A stretch of DNA of 64,000 nucleotides, taken from contig OY843592.1 in NCBI GenBank assembly GCA_963692865.2, positions 512,001-576,000 of the forward strand. Direction: 5' to 3'. This DNA is from a bacterium (GTDB lineage: Bacteria > UBA8248). The position numbers were made by a program, and so were the translations under genes. The notes below the pieces were generated by a model. It saw only the letters and a list, made by a program, of their open reading frames with translations, had not been told where the DNA came from and made no database searches. Below are positions 49,252 through 58,545 of the stretch, piece by piece (within the stretch, counting starts at the first letter, position 1; the number at the start of each line of letters is the position of its first letter).

Positions 49252-50274
49252 ATGTGGCGTAAATGGATACGGATTCTCCCGGTAATCGCAGCGCTAGCGC
49301 TTTCGCTCACGCTCACGAGCGCAGCGCCCGCCGCTGAAAAGGTCATTCTCACCCAGCCGGTGGACAGCCTGAGCTTCTTCCCCATCTACGTGGGGCGGAT
49401 AAAAGGGTTCTTCAAGGAAGAGGGCCTCACCCTGGACGTGAAGGCCACCGCGGGCGGCGGGCCGCACCTGACGGCCGTCCTGGCGGGTAAAGCGGAGTTC
49501 ACCGCCAGCCCGGGCACCTACCAGCTGAACGCGCTCAACTCCGGCAAGCGGGCCATCGGCTTCGTGGACCTTCTCAGGCGCAACATCATCGGGATGGTCA
49601 TCCACAAGGACGCCGCCAAGAAGGCGGGCATCAAAGACGGCATGCCGCTCATGGATAAGGTAAAACGCGCCAAGGGCCTTAAAGTAGGCGTGACGCGGCC
49701 GGGCGCGTTGACCGACGTGCTCGCCCGCAACCTGCTGGGCCGCGCCGGGATGAAGGTTCCCGCGGACGTGCGCATCCTCGCCGTGGGCGGCGGCGGCACC
49801 ATGCTGCCGGCGTTCAAGAACCGAAAAATTGACATCTTCACCATCTCGACCCCGCACCCCGAGCGCATGCTCAGCCAGGGGCTCGGCATCTGGTTCGTGA
49901 ACTGGGCGGCCGGCGAGGACAAGGCCATCAAGGAGTTCATGATGACGGCCGTCATGGCCACGCCCAAGCTCATGAAGGAGCGCCCCAAGCTCGTCAAGCG
50001 GATGGCGCGGGCGGTCATGAAGTCGCAGAAATACATCCAGAAGACCTCCGTCGAGCAGCTCACCAAGGACATGACGCCGTTTTTCGGCAAGCGCGTCACG
50101 CCCGAGGCGCTTCGCATCTCGGTCGCCACGGTGAAGGGCGCGGTCAACCCGACCGGCAGGATGACGGACGAGGCCGTCCAGACCACGTTCAACATCATGA
50201 AGAGCGGCGGCAAGCTCAAGAACCTCAAGAGCGTCAAGCGCAGCGACGTCTGGACGGACGAGTTTTTGAAGTAG
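49252..50274 (+). CDS. NitT/TauT-type ABC transporter substrate-binding protein
   Basis: Signal peptide, KGFFKEEGL, VGVTRPGALTD. ATG after AAGGAG. Confidence 0.88.
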   Translation: MWRKWIRILPVIAALALSLTLTSAAPAAEKVILTQPVDSLSFFPIYVGRIKGFFKEEGLTLDVKATAGGGPHLTAVLAGKAEFTASPGTYQLNALNSGKRAIGFVDLLRRNIIGMVIHKDAAKKAGIKDGMPLMDKVKRAKGLKVGVTRPGALTDVLARNLLGRAGMKVPADVRILAVGGGGTMLPAFKNRKIDIFTISTPHPERMLSQGLGIWFVNWAAGEDKAIKEFMMTAVMATPKLMKERPKLVKRMARAVMKSQKYIQKTSVEQLTKDMTPFFGKRVTPEALRISVATVKGAVNPTGRMTDEAVQTTFNIMKSGGKLKNLKSVKRSDVWTDEFLK

Positions 50275-50299
50275 GCGGGGTTTTTATCGTGTATGGAAC

Positions 50300-50588
50300 A
50301 GCCCCCGGAAGTTAGGGGGGCTGTTGAAAAAGTGATGATTAACGAGGATATGACACGACCGGGGAGGGGGCGGTTTTTGTAGGGGCCGCATATATGCGGC
50401 CCCTACAATTCGAATATCCTCCAAATTGCGACCGTAGCCGGACAACCCAAAAGGATTGACCGGGGCCCCCGTGCCTGTCCGGTAAAGGGCGACCACAGGG
50501 GGTCGCCCCTACGCAAAACGAGATGGAATTGTAGGGGCGGACCTGTGTGTCCGCCCGCTCGTGAAATAGGACTTTTCCACCAAACCCG
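50300..50588. repeat. MITE-like element with REP palindromes inside an ABC operon
   Basis: GGGCTGTTGAAAAAG...GACTTTTCCACCAAACCC containing several GTAG-type palindromes. Confidence 0.7.
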
Positions 50589-50635
50589 CCGGGGCGTGTA
50601 CGCTCCGGCCGGAGGAGCTCAGGGAGCATGATTAC

Positions 50636-51415
50636 GTGACGGCGTCTTTGTCCATCCGGCAGGTCGGCAAGCGGTTCCTCTCGCGGGGGACCATCGTCCA
50701 TGCGATGTCCGACGTGAACCTCGACGTGGGCGAGGGGGAGTTCGTGACCATCGTCGGGCCGAGCGGGTGCGGCAAGAGCACCTTGTTGAACATCCTGGCC
50801 GGGCTCTTTCCCCCCAGCAGCGGGGAGGTGCATTTCCGCGGAAAGCGCACCCGGGGCCTGAACCCCGAGATCGGCTACGTGACCCAGCAGGACAACCTGC
50901 TCCCCTGGCGGACCCTGCGCAAGAACGTATTACTTCCCCTGGAGTTCCGGGGGGTGTCCGTCTCGAACGGCGTCGCCGAGCGCGTGCAGACCCTGATCGA
51001 CAAGGTGGGGCTTTCGGGCTTCGAGAACCACTACCCACACGAACTCTCCGGCGGCATGCGCCAGCGGGTGAACATCATCCGCACGCTGATTTGCGACCCC
51101 CGCGTCATCCTGATGGACGAGCCCTTCGGCCCCCTGGACGCCCAGACCCGCCTGACGCTCCAGAACCAGCTCCTGGAACTCTGGCGCGAGGAGCGAAAGA
51201 CCATCATCTTCATCACGCACGACCTGGGCGAAGCCATCACGCTGGCCGACCGCGTGGTCGTGATGACGGGCCGCCCCGGGACCATCAAGAGCGTCTCCCC
51301 GGTGACGATCCCCCGGCCACGCGACGTCTACCACATCCACGACTCGCAGGCCTACCGCGAGATCTACGACAAGCTCTGGGAAGAACTCAGAGACGAAGTG
51401 GCGAAGGTGATGTGA
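50636..51415 (+). CDS. NitT/TauT-type ABC transporter ATPase
   Basis: [40 protein letters not shown]. Confidence 0.95.
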   Translation: MTASLSIRQVGKRFLSRGTIVHAMSDVNLDVGEGEFVTIVGPSGCGKSTLLNILAGLFPPSSGEVHFRGKRTRGLNPEIGYVTQQDNLLPWRTLRKNVLLPLEFRGVSVSNGVAERVQTLIDKVGLSGFENHYPHELSGGMRQRVNIIRTLICDPRVILMDEPFGPLDAQTRLTLQNQLLELWREERKTIIFITHDLGEAITLADRVVVMTGRPGTIKSVSPVTIPRPRDVYHIHDSQAYREIYDKLWEELRDEVAKVM

Positions 51416-52326
51416 TGGCCCAAACCGACGAAGTGAAATCCACGCCGCCAGAAGATCTGGATCTGCTTCTGCCTCCGGAAGTAACGGGGCTGCGCCTGCT
51501 GTGGTGGCGGGTGCGCAACGCGGAGGAGCTCCGCTGGGTGCGCGTGGCGGCCCTGCGCGTTATCTTCGGGGTCGTCATGATCGTGTTGTGGGAATTTGTT
51601 TCGGGCCGCCTGATCGACCACCGGACTATCTCCAGCCCGAGCCTGCTCGTGACGTCTTTCTTCGAGATCTCGGATCCGGCCAACCCGGACGGCTCCCTGT
51701 GGGTGCACTTCTCCTACACGGTGGAGAACACCTTCTGGGGCTATCTCTTCGGCGCCCTGGCCGGGATCCTCTTCGGCTTCCTGCTGGCGGAGATCGAGGT
51801 GGTGGCCCTGGTCATCGAGCCGTTCATCATGGCTTTCAACGGGGTCCCGCGCATCGCGTACGCGCCCCTGTTCATCGCGTGGTTCGGGATCGAGCGGCAG
51901 CCCAAGATCATCCTGGTGATGACCATCGTCTTCTTCCTGACTTTCGTGAGCACGTTCGCGGGCATCCGCGGCGTGAGCCGTGACCTCATCAACGTGTCGC
52001 GCGTACTGGGCGGAAGCAAGATCGCCATTCTGCGCAAGATCGTGATTCCCTCCGCCTCGCCGTGGATCTTCAACGGCCTCAAGATCAGCATCCCGTTCGG
52101 CATGGTGGGCGCGATCGTCGGCGAATACATCATCGCCGACAAGGGTCTCGGGTACCTGCTCCAGCGCTACAACAACGAGTATTACACCACGGGCCTGATC
52201 CTCATCATCTTCCTGCTCATGATCCTGGTCATCCTGGTGAACCAGGTGCTGAACTGGGCCGAGGGGCGCGCCCTGCGCTGGCGGCCGACGAGCCGGATGG
52301 GGCAGGAAACCGTCATTCCGGGTTAA
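51415..52326 (+). CDS. NitT/TauT-type ABC transporter permease
   Basis: PRIAYAPLFIAWFG, VIPSASPWIF.GL, GAIVGE, GLG. TGATG overlap with the ATPase gene. Confidence 0.92.
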   Translation: MAQTDEVKSTPPEDLDLLLPPEVTGLRLLWWRVRNAEELRWVRVAALRVIFGVVMIVLWEFVSGRLIDHRTISSPSLLVTSFFEISDPANPDGSLWVHFSYTVENTFWGYLFGALAGILFGFLLAEIEVVALVIEPFIMAFNGVPRIAYAPLFIAWFGIERQPKIILVMTIVFFLTFVSTFAGIRGVSRDLINVSRVLGGSKIAILRKIVIPSASPWIFNGLKISIPFGMVGAIVGEYIIADKGLGYLLQRYNNEYYTTGLILIIFLLMILVILVNQVLNWAEGRALRWRPTSRMGQETVIPG

Positions 52327-52382
52327 ACGCCGCCCCGGCCCAATTGAAGCGCGGGCCGGTCCATAAACGGAGGTAAGAACCG

Positions 52383-52805
52383 ATGCCGCAAGTCGTCGTC
52401 CTGGAACAAGTCCGCGCTCCCGTCGATAAGGTCTTCGAGTTCGTCGGGAACGTGGAGACGCACCCGCAGATAGCGCCCTTCTCAAAGGAGGTGACGATCA
52501 CCTCTCCCGGCGGCCACCAGGGGGCGGGAACGCGCTTTCACCAGGTCTTTCACGACAGGCCCGAGTGCGACTCGGTGATCACCGTCTGGGAGCCGCATTC
52601 GAAAATCGTCTGGGAGAACTACGTCGGCGGGAGCGATAAGCCCGCCCAGGTCATCACCTACCGCTTCGAGCAGGTCGGCGACGTCACCCACGTGATGCAC
52701 ACCGTGGACAACGACGCCTATGAGGACCAGACCCTGCACCGGGGCGGAACGGAAGAGAACATCGTGGAACTGGCGAACCTGAAAAGGCTGGCGGAGAGTC
52801 TGTAA
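52383..52805 (+). CDS. SRPBCC (START-like) family protein
   Basis: VRAPVDKVFEFV, GTRF, ITVWEP, C-terminal LANLKRLAE. GGAGG RBS. Confidence 0.8.
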   Translation: MPQVVVLEQVRAPVDKVFEFVGNVETHPQIAPFSKEVTITSPGGHQGAGTRFHQVFHDRPECDSVITVWEPHSKIVWENYVGGSDKPAQVITYRFEQVGDVTHVMHTVDNDAYEDQTLHRGGTEENIVELANLKRLAESL

Positions 52806-53403
52806 GGACAGGCCCTCCTCGGGCCTGTCCGAGGCCGCGACGAGGCGATGCGGTTTTATTCGTCATTCCGGCGTCGGAGCCGACCAATGCGAGGCTGTTG
52901 AAAAAGTCCACAGGAGGAGCGCGCTGAATTTCACTCCCCCTCGAGGGTCGGCCTTACCTCCTCGGGAAGGCCGACGACGAGGTAAGGGCGTAAGCCCGCA
53001 AGCGAGTTGGTGGGGGGAGCTTTTTCTGTAGTATGTCCCCCCACCGAATCGGCCTCTTCGTCGGGCTTTCCCCTCGGGAAGCCCGACCCTCAAGGGGCTG
53101 TTGAAAAGCCCCGGTCTTCGCCCCCCGCAAACCGCCGACGCCTCTTTCCTCATCCTGAGTAGGCGCGTAAGCGCCGTATCGAAGGATGGGGGAACGCATC
53201 TGACCAGCGGGACGCGAATTTCGCCCTTCGATACGCGGCTTCGCCGCTACTCAGGGTGAGGCGGAGCGGCGGGCTGCGCAGGGCGAGGAGGGGATTGCGC
53301 CGCATCGGACTTTTTCAACAATCCCCTCAAGGGGGGAGTATATCTTCTCTCTCGTCTGTCGATTACATGCGCCGAATCACGCAAACAGGCTTTTTCAACA
53401 ACC
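52805..53403. repeat. Nested repeat cluster (TIR element interrupted by a MITE-like element)
   Basis: Element 53094-53326 is flanked by TCAA on both sides and sits inside CCCTCAAGGGG; an outer pair of TGTTGAAAAA/TTTTTCAACA ends encloses it. Confidence 0.75.
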
Positions 53404-53669
53404 CACTTACGTCCTGGCCTCTCCGGGGGCATATTTCCCCCTATCCCATTCAAGCGAGTTTTGCGATCGCGCTTTCCCTTTCCGCGCATTCGGGTTCATA
53501 ATCCGGGGTATGCAAAATCCCGAAGCCGCAGACGAAAAGGCCGGGGCCGATCGGACGGCCCTGGCGGAGAGGTACGGCGGGCGGGAGGCCGCCTCAAGCG
53601 GGGGCGGATATTTCGTCTCTCCCGCGCCGACCCATTGATGGACCAACAACCACCCCAAGGAGGAAGAGC

Positions 53670-54776
53670 ATGAGAAAGAAACTTTTCGTATTCGGCATCG
53701 CGGGGCTGGCCGCGGCGTGCGTCGCGGGCGCTTCGCTGGCGGAGGCCGCCAGGATCACCGACCAGGAGAAGAAGCTCATCCGCGCGGCGAAGAAAGAGGG
53801 CGGCGTGGTCATCATCAACCCGCTGTTCAGCGACCGCACCTCCAAGGTGATGGGCCCCGCCTTCGTCAAGCGCTACGGCCTGGGCGACGGCTTCAAGTTC
53901 CGTAACGTGCGAAAGGGAACGGGTTCCACCGTCGCGCAGGTGCGCCAGGAGATCAAGGCGGGCAAGTTCACGGTGGACGTCCACCTGGTGAGCGCGCCGG
54001 GGTTTTTCCACGCGGCGGTGAAGCGCGGCGCGTTCTTGAAACTCGACAGCGGCAAGTGGAAAGAACTCGTAAAAGTCGTGGAGAAGGCCGGCCAGTACCA
54101 CAACTACCCCTACATCGTGACGCCTCTGGCCTACAGCTTCCAGCCCGTTTGGAACAGCTCCTGCCCGGGTCTCAAGGACTTCAAGGTCACCTCGCTGTTC
54201 GACGTGGTCCACCCCTCGCTCACGGGCAAGACCATCGTGACCGACATCACCAAGAGCTTCACGACCACCAACACCGTTATCGGCCTGACCGAGGCGGGCG
54301 TGGACATGAGCGATTTCTGGAAGCGGATGAAGGCCACCAAGCCCATCGTCATGTTCCGCACCGAGCCGCGCATCCAGACGGTGATCAACTGCGAGCGTCC
54401 GGTGGACATGTTCAACCTCACGGGCCGCATCTACCAGAACGTCCTCAAGAAACCCTCTCTCGCCAAGATCATCAAGGCCAGCCACTTCAAGGAAGGCCAG
54501 GTCATGCTCGGCAACCAGGTGGGCGTGATCAAGGGCTCGCCGCACCCCAACGCGGGCAAGCTCCTGATCGAGTTCCTCATGAGCAAGGAAGGCACCGACA
54601 TCTACGTCGGCAACGAGGCCATCTACTCCTTCCGTGAGAACTACACGCCGCCCGAGAACGTGCGTCCGTTCCTGATGGACCTGAGCAAGGTGAAGCTGCT
54701 CGGTCTCAAGGACTGGGTCGCCGCCCAGCGCAGCTTCAAGAAAGTGCGCGGCGAATGGCTCAAGGTATTCAAGTAG
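53670..54776 (+). CDS. extracellular solute-binding protein (iron/thiamine-type family), no adjacent permease
   Basis: Signal peptide, LIRAAKKEG.V, KGSPHPNAGKLLIEFLMSKEG. Confidence 0.85.
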   Translation: MRKKLFVFGIAGLAAACVAGASLAEAARITDQEKKLIRAAKKEGGVVIINPLFSDRTSKVMGPAFVKRYGLGDGFKFRNVRKGTGSTVAQVRQEIKAGKFTVDVHLVSAPGFFHAAVKRGAFLKLDSGKWKELVKVVEKAGQYHNYPYIVTPLAYSFQPVWNSSCPGLKDFKVTSLFDVVHPSLTGKTIVTDITKSFTTTNTVIGLTEAGVDMSDFWKRMKATKPIVMFRTEPRIQTVINCERPVDMFNLTGRIYQNVLKKPSLAKIIKASHFKEGQVMLGNQVGVIKGSPHPNAGKLLIEFLMSKEGTDIYVGNEAIYSFRENYTPPENVRPFLMDLSKVKLLGLKDWVAAQRSFKKVRGEWLKVFK

Positions 54777-55400
54777 GGTAGGAACCCTCTCGCGCTCCCC
54801 TGCGGGGGAGCCGGGGGGAAGTAGGGACAGGTCGCGGCCTCGGACAGGCGCAGGGGCCTGTCCCTACAGGTATTGGAACACGGGCGGCCTTATGGGATTG
54901 TTGAAAAAATCCGTTGCGGCTCGTAACAGCGATTTCCTGCAATCGTAGGGACAACCCCTCCTCGGGGTTGTCCTGCCCTCCGTGGTTGTCCTTTTACAGG
55001 ATGGTTGCAATCAGGACAGGCGCGGAGGCCTGTCCCTACGGAACCCTGAAAAAACAAAACCGTAGGGGCGGCCCCCTGTGGCCGCCCGATTTCACGGCGT
55101 CCTTCTCCGCGCGGGAGACCGCAGGGGCCGTTCGCGAACGGCCCCTACAAAATCCGGCGGGCCGGCGCAGGTGTCGGACAGGCACGGGGGCCTGTCCCTA
55201 CAGCCGGAAAAGCAACCCCCCCCCCGACAAGGGAGGTTGGGGGGTTCTGTAGGGGACGCATACATGCGTCCCGGCTTTTTCGCCACTGGGACAGGGGTCG
55301 CATATATGCGACCCCTACAGGTGAAAGCCAGATTACGCGAGGAGACCCGCCTCCTCCCCGTAGCACCCCCGCCCCCTCCTGTGGTAAGAAAACCCCTCGT
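54776..55400. repeat. Dense array of GTAG-type REP-like palindromes
   Basis: About ten GTAGGG...CCC / GGG...CCCTAC hairpins, e.g. GGACAGGCGCAGGGGCCTGTCCCTAC, GTAGGGGACGCATACATGCGTCCC and GGGTCGCATATATGCGACCCCTAC. Confidence 0.8.
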
Positions 55401-55433
55401 TCTTTCGTTTCACACCCAGCACTTGGAGAATCC

Positions 55434-56444
55434 ATGAGCGACAAGATACGCCTGCTCGTCACGGACGGGGCGTCGGGCCGTTTTCTGGCGAGGGTCAAGG
55501 CGAATCCCGCCGCAGCGCCTTTTGAGATCATCGCACCCGACAGCACGGAAGAAGAAGCGCTCCTGGTCCTCGCGCCCGAGGCCGAGGCGACCCTCTGCTA
55601 CAAGGCGGCGCTGCCGGCTTCCGTCATTCGCGCGGCGGGCAAGCTCCGCTACATCCAGAAGCACGGTCTCAACTGCAAGAACATCGCCGTCGAGGCGGCG
55701 CGCGAGCGGGGCATCCCCGTCGGCACGCAGTCGCTCATGCGGAACGCCACGGTGGCCGAGCAGGCCCTCACCCTCATGCTCTGCTGCGAGCGCAAGACGA
55801 TCCCGGGCCAGAAGGCGGTCGAGGCGGGCGTCTACCGCGAGATGGGGCTGGAACCCGTCGCCACCAGCCAGTGGAACATCCGGCCCAACTGGCCGGAGAT
55901 CGAGGGCGTCGCGGAGCTATATGGCAAGAGCGCCGGGGTCATCGGCATGGGCGACATCGGCATGGACATCGCCAGACGCTGTCTCGCCTTCGGCATGGAG
56001 ATATTCTACTACCAGCGAACGCGGCACTTAGCCCAGGTCGAGGCGGAGTACCGGGCCGCGTATCTGCCCTTCGACGACCTGCTCGAGCGCGTCGACTATC
56101 TCGTGCTCGTCCTGCCGCACACCGAGGATAGCGAGGGGATGATAGGCGCCGAACAACTCGCGCGCATGAAGAAGACGGCGGCCCTCATCAACGTGGGCCG
56201 GGGCGCGCTCGTCGATGAAGCGGCGCTTGCCCGAGCGCTTGAGCAAGGCGAGATCGCCATGGCGGGGCTCGATGTTTACCGCTATGAACCCCTGCCCTAC
56301 GACAGCCCCCTTATCGGGCTGCCGGGCGCCGTGCTTCTGCCACACACCGGCGGCGGCTCGAACCGCCAGTGGGACGTGGACATCCCGGCGTCGCTGGGCA
56401 AGATCGCCGCGTTCTTCGCAGGAGAAGGGGGCGGGAAGTCATAG
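55434..56444 (+). CDS. D-isomer-specific 2-hydroxyacid dehydrogenase family protein
   Basis: NATVAE, GMGDIG, INVGRGALVDE, GLDVYRYEP, PHTGG. Confidence 0.92.
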   Translation: MSDKIRLLVTDGASGRFLARVKANPAAAPFEIIAPDSTEEEALLVLAPEAEATLCYKAALPASVIRAAGKLRYIQKHGLNCKNIAVEAARERGIPVGTQSLMRNATVAEQALTLMLCCERKTIPGQKAVEAGVYREMGLEPVATSQWNIRPNWPEIEGVAELYGKSAGVIGMGDIGMDIARRCLAFGMEIFYYQRTRHLAQVEAEYRAAYLPFDDLLERVDYLVLVLPHTEDSEGMIGAEQLARMKKTAALINVGRGALVDEAALARALEQGEIAMAGLDVYRYEPLPYDSPLIGLPGAVLLPHTGGGSNRQWDVDIPASLGKIAAFFAGEGGGKS

Positions 56445-56454
56445 CGCGGGTAAG

Positions 56455-56910
56455 GCAGCACTCCCCCCTTCTAGAGTACTCAACAGTCACTCCCCCCTTG
56501 AGGGGGTCGGGCTTCCCGAGAAGAAAACCCGACAGAGGCCGATTGGTTTGTGCGAAGGCCGATGTGGTGGGGGGACGATTCTCACTAGAATAAAAGCTCC
56601 CCCCACCGAGTCAGCCTTCACCTGTCGGTTCGGCTTCCTCGTCGGTCTTCCCCGAGGGAGACCGACCCTCAAGGGGATGTTGAAAAAGTCCTGATGAACG
56701 AGTGTTTTACGCGACCGGGGAGGAAAGGTTTTTGTAGGGGCCGCATATCATGCGGCCCGCCTTGTGGAGGCGAAAATCAGGGTCGCATGATATGTCAGAC
56801 ATATATGTCTGACCTACAAACAAATTGTCTCTCTCCGGCTTTTTCAACACCCCCCCTCAAGGGGAGTGGTTCTTTTCACTCTCGTTAATTGGCAACGACC
56901 CTCAAGGGGG
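56455..56910. repeat. Nested repeat cluster (TIR element interrupted by a MITE-like element)
   Basis: Element 56673-56856 is flanked by TCAA on both sides within the right TIR of the 56487 element. Confidence 0.78.
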
Positions 56911-56995
56911 ATTCATTTCATTAGCGTATGTCGATTGAGGAATCCATTCAGCTGCTTTTAGGACTTTTTCAAAAACCCACCGAATTTCAGGCCTG

Positions 56996-57024
56996 TTGCC
57001 GGGCATCCCGAAAGCGGCTAACAT
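56996..57024 (+). promoter_or_regulatory. Putative sigma70 promoter of hicBA
   Basis: TTGCCG-N17-TAACAT, with a second copy at 58068-58096. Confidence 0.5.
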
Positions 57025-57069
57025 CGAAGGGGTGACAGTATCGGCGTTGAAGGAGCAGGGAGAATCGCC

Positions 57070-57279
57070 ATGAAGAAAAAAACCACTTACACGGCCACCA
57101 TCGGTAAAGACGGTCCGTGTTGGATCGGATGGATTGAAGAGGTTCCCGGCGTCAACTGCCAGGAGGCTTCGAGGGAGTAATTGCTGGATTCCCTGACCAT
57201 CACCCTCCGGGAAATGCCGGAAATCGATCCCGCCAAATCGCCCGGGGAGAATTTCGAAAGAGAACCCATCACCATATGA
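57070..57279 (+). pseudogene. hicB: HicB-family antitoxin with an in-frame TAA
   Basis: MKKKTTYTATIGKDGPCWIGWIEEVPGVNCQEASRE*LLDSL..., TAA at 57178-57180. Confidence 0.8.
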
Positions 57280-57465
57280 AGCGCCGGGAACTTTTGAAAT
57301 ATCTCTCCGAGAACGGATGCGAAGAACTCAGGGAAGGCAAATAACATACCCTTTGGCACAACCCGGCGCTTAAAAAGTGCTCCACCATTCCCCGTCACAC
57401 CGAAATCAGCAACTACCTCTGTAAAAAGATTTGCAGAGATCCGGGCGTGACGCCCATCGGGATGA
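57276..57465 (+). pseudogene. hicA: HicA-family toxin with an in-frame TAA
   Basis: ATGA overlap with hicB, reading MKRRELLKYLSENGCEELREGK*HTLWHNP...STIPRHTEISNYLCKKICRD. TAA at 57342-57344; the 3' end is approximate. Confidence 0.8.
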
Positions 57466-57684
57466 AAAACCCGCGCATTCGTCCTCCTGACCCGGCCGTC
57501 CATCCCCCCGGCGGGGATGATGGGGGGCGTCTTAGAGGAACGGGAATCGAATCATTGCGCCATGTTTCCGGTAGCGTGTGCCGGAGTTTAGCCTTGCCTG
57601 GAAAAACTGATCTCTTCTTGTGAGGGATAGCGAAAGGATATCTTCTGCAATATGTCGTGAAAGCGGAACTTTTCTTTTCGAGCA

Positions 57685-57930
57685 TTACGAAAAATAGGCC
57701 CGCGACAGAAACCTTTGTTTGATGCTGTCGGGGCCACTGCTGCACTTCTGCACCAGAAAAGTGCCCAGCGTATGCGTTTTCATCGTCGTTTCGATTGCAA
57801 CTCTCCTGGTGTCGTAGTCTCCGATCACATTGCGATTTTTGATTACGATATGCCTGCCGTCATACTTCTCGGCGAGATCGGTCCGGTTTTCCAAATAGTA
57901 TTCAAATTCATCGTTCAATCCATTTTCCAT
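57685..57930 (-). CDS. small DUF5678-like protein
   Basis: EFEYYLENRTDLAEKYDGRHIVIKN..VIGDYD..., with AGGAGG RBS and lower GC. Confidence 0.7.
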   Translation of the reverse strand: MENGLNDEFEYYLENRTDLAEKYDGRHIVIKNRNVIGDYDTRRVAIETTMKTHTLGTFLVQKCSSGPDSIKQRFLSRAYFS

Positions 57931-58224
57931 GGCGCGCCTCCTGAGGAACTCTCGATTTCAGCCGATTGGCCAAAAACACGGAAGAGAGCAAAATTCATTA
58001 TACCATCATCTCGGAATGCCGCCCGCTCCCCCCTCTCGGCGGGCCGCCCGAAAACCGAAAAAATTTGTTGCCGACCATCCAAAAAGCGGCTAACATCGCA
58101 GGATCGAAATGCACGGCCGGTGAAAAAGAAAATGAAGCCGGCGCTTGGAGACGGGTTCACCGTGACCCCGGAGAGCCAACGCGAGCCTTGCTCACGCCCG
58201 CATCCGCTCCCGGGCGCGCATCGT

Positions 58225-58545
58225 CCGAAGAAGGAGGGGGTTACTCATTATTCCCGGAAGCGGATCTGAGGACCCAACTCGAACCCGAAACGGTACTGGC
58301 TACTCCACGAGGATGAGTAGCTAATGAGTAACCCCCAAATTCTTCATCCACTCGCGCGCGCCTCCGCGCCTCGGACGCGCCCTGCAAATCCCCCATACCC
58401 GCCGCCGGGACGCCGAAACGGGGAGGGGGCTACTCATTACTTCCCGTTTCATGTCGATGGCCGGTCGACAGGAAACGAGACGCGACGCATCCCTTAAGGT
58501 AGAGGTAAGCGGTTAATGAGTAGCCCCCGATGCTTCATCCGCTCC
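58225..58545. repeat. Two tandem units (189-nt period), each bounded by 15-bp inverted repeats
   Basis: GGGGGTTACTCATTA (58236)/TAATGAGTAACCCCC (58336) and GGGGGCTACTCATTA (58425)/TAATGAGTAGCCCCC (58528). Confidence 0.8.

Noticed and set aside
54776-55400. CRISPR array
   Set aside because: The repeats vary in sequence, orientation and spacing, and no cas genes are present. They fit REP-like palindromes.
57070-57465. Recoding of the hicB and hicA internal stops
   Set aside because: Both are TAA, which is not used for Sec or Pyl, and neither lies at a Cys-type position. TAA is a normal stop elsewhere in this window.
58225-58545. CRISPR array, attC sites or a known tandem riboswitch
   Set aside because: There are only two units with long arms, no RYYYAAC/GTTRRRY cores, no integrase, and no riboswitch consensus that I can recognise.
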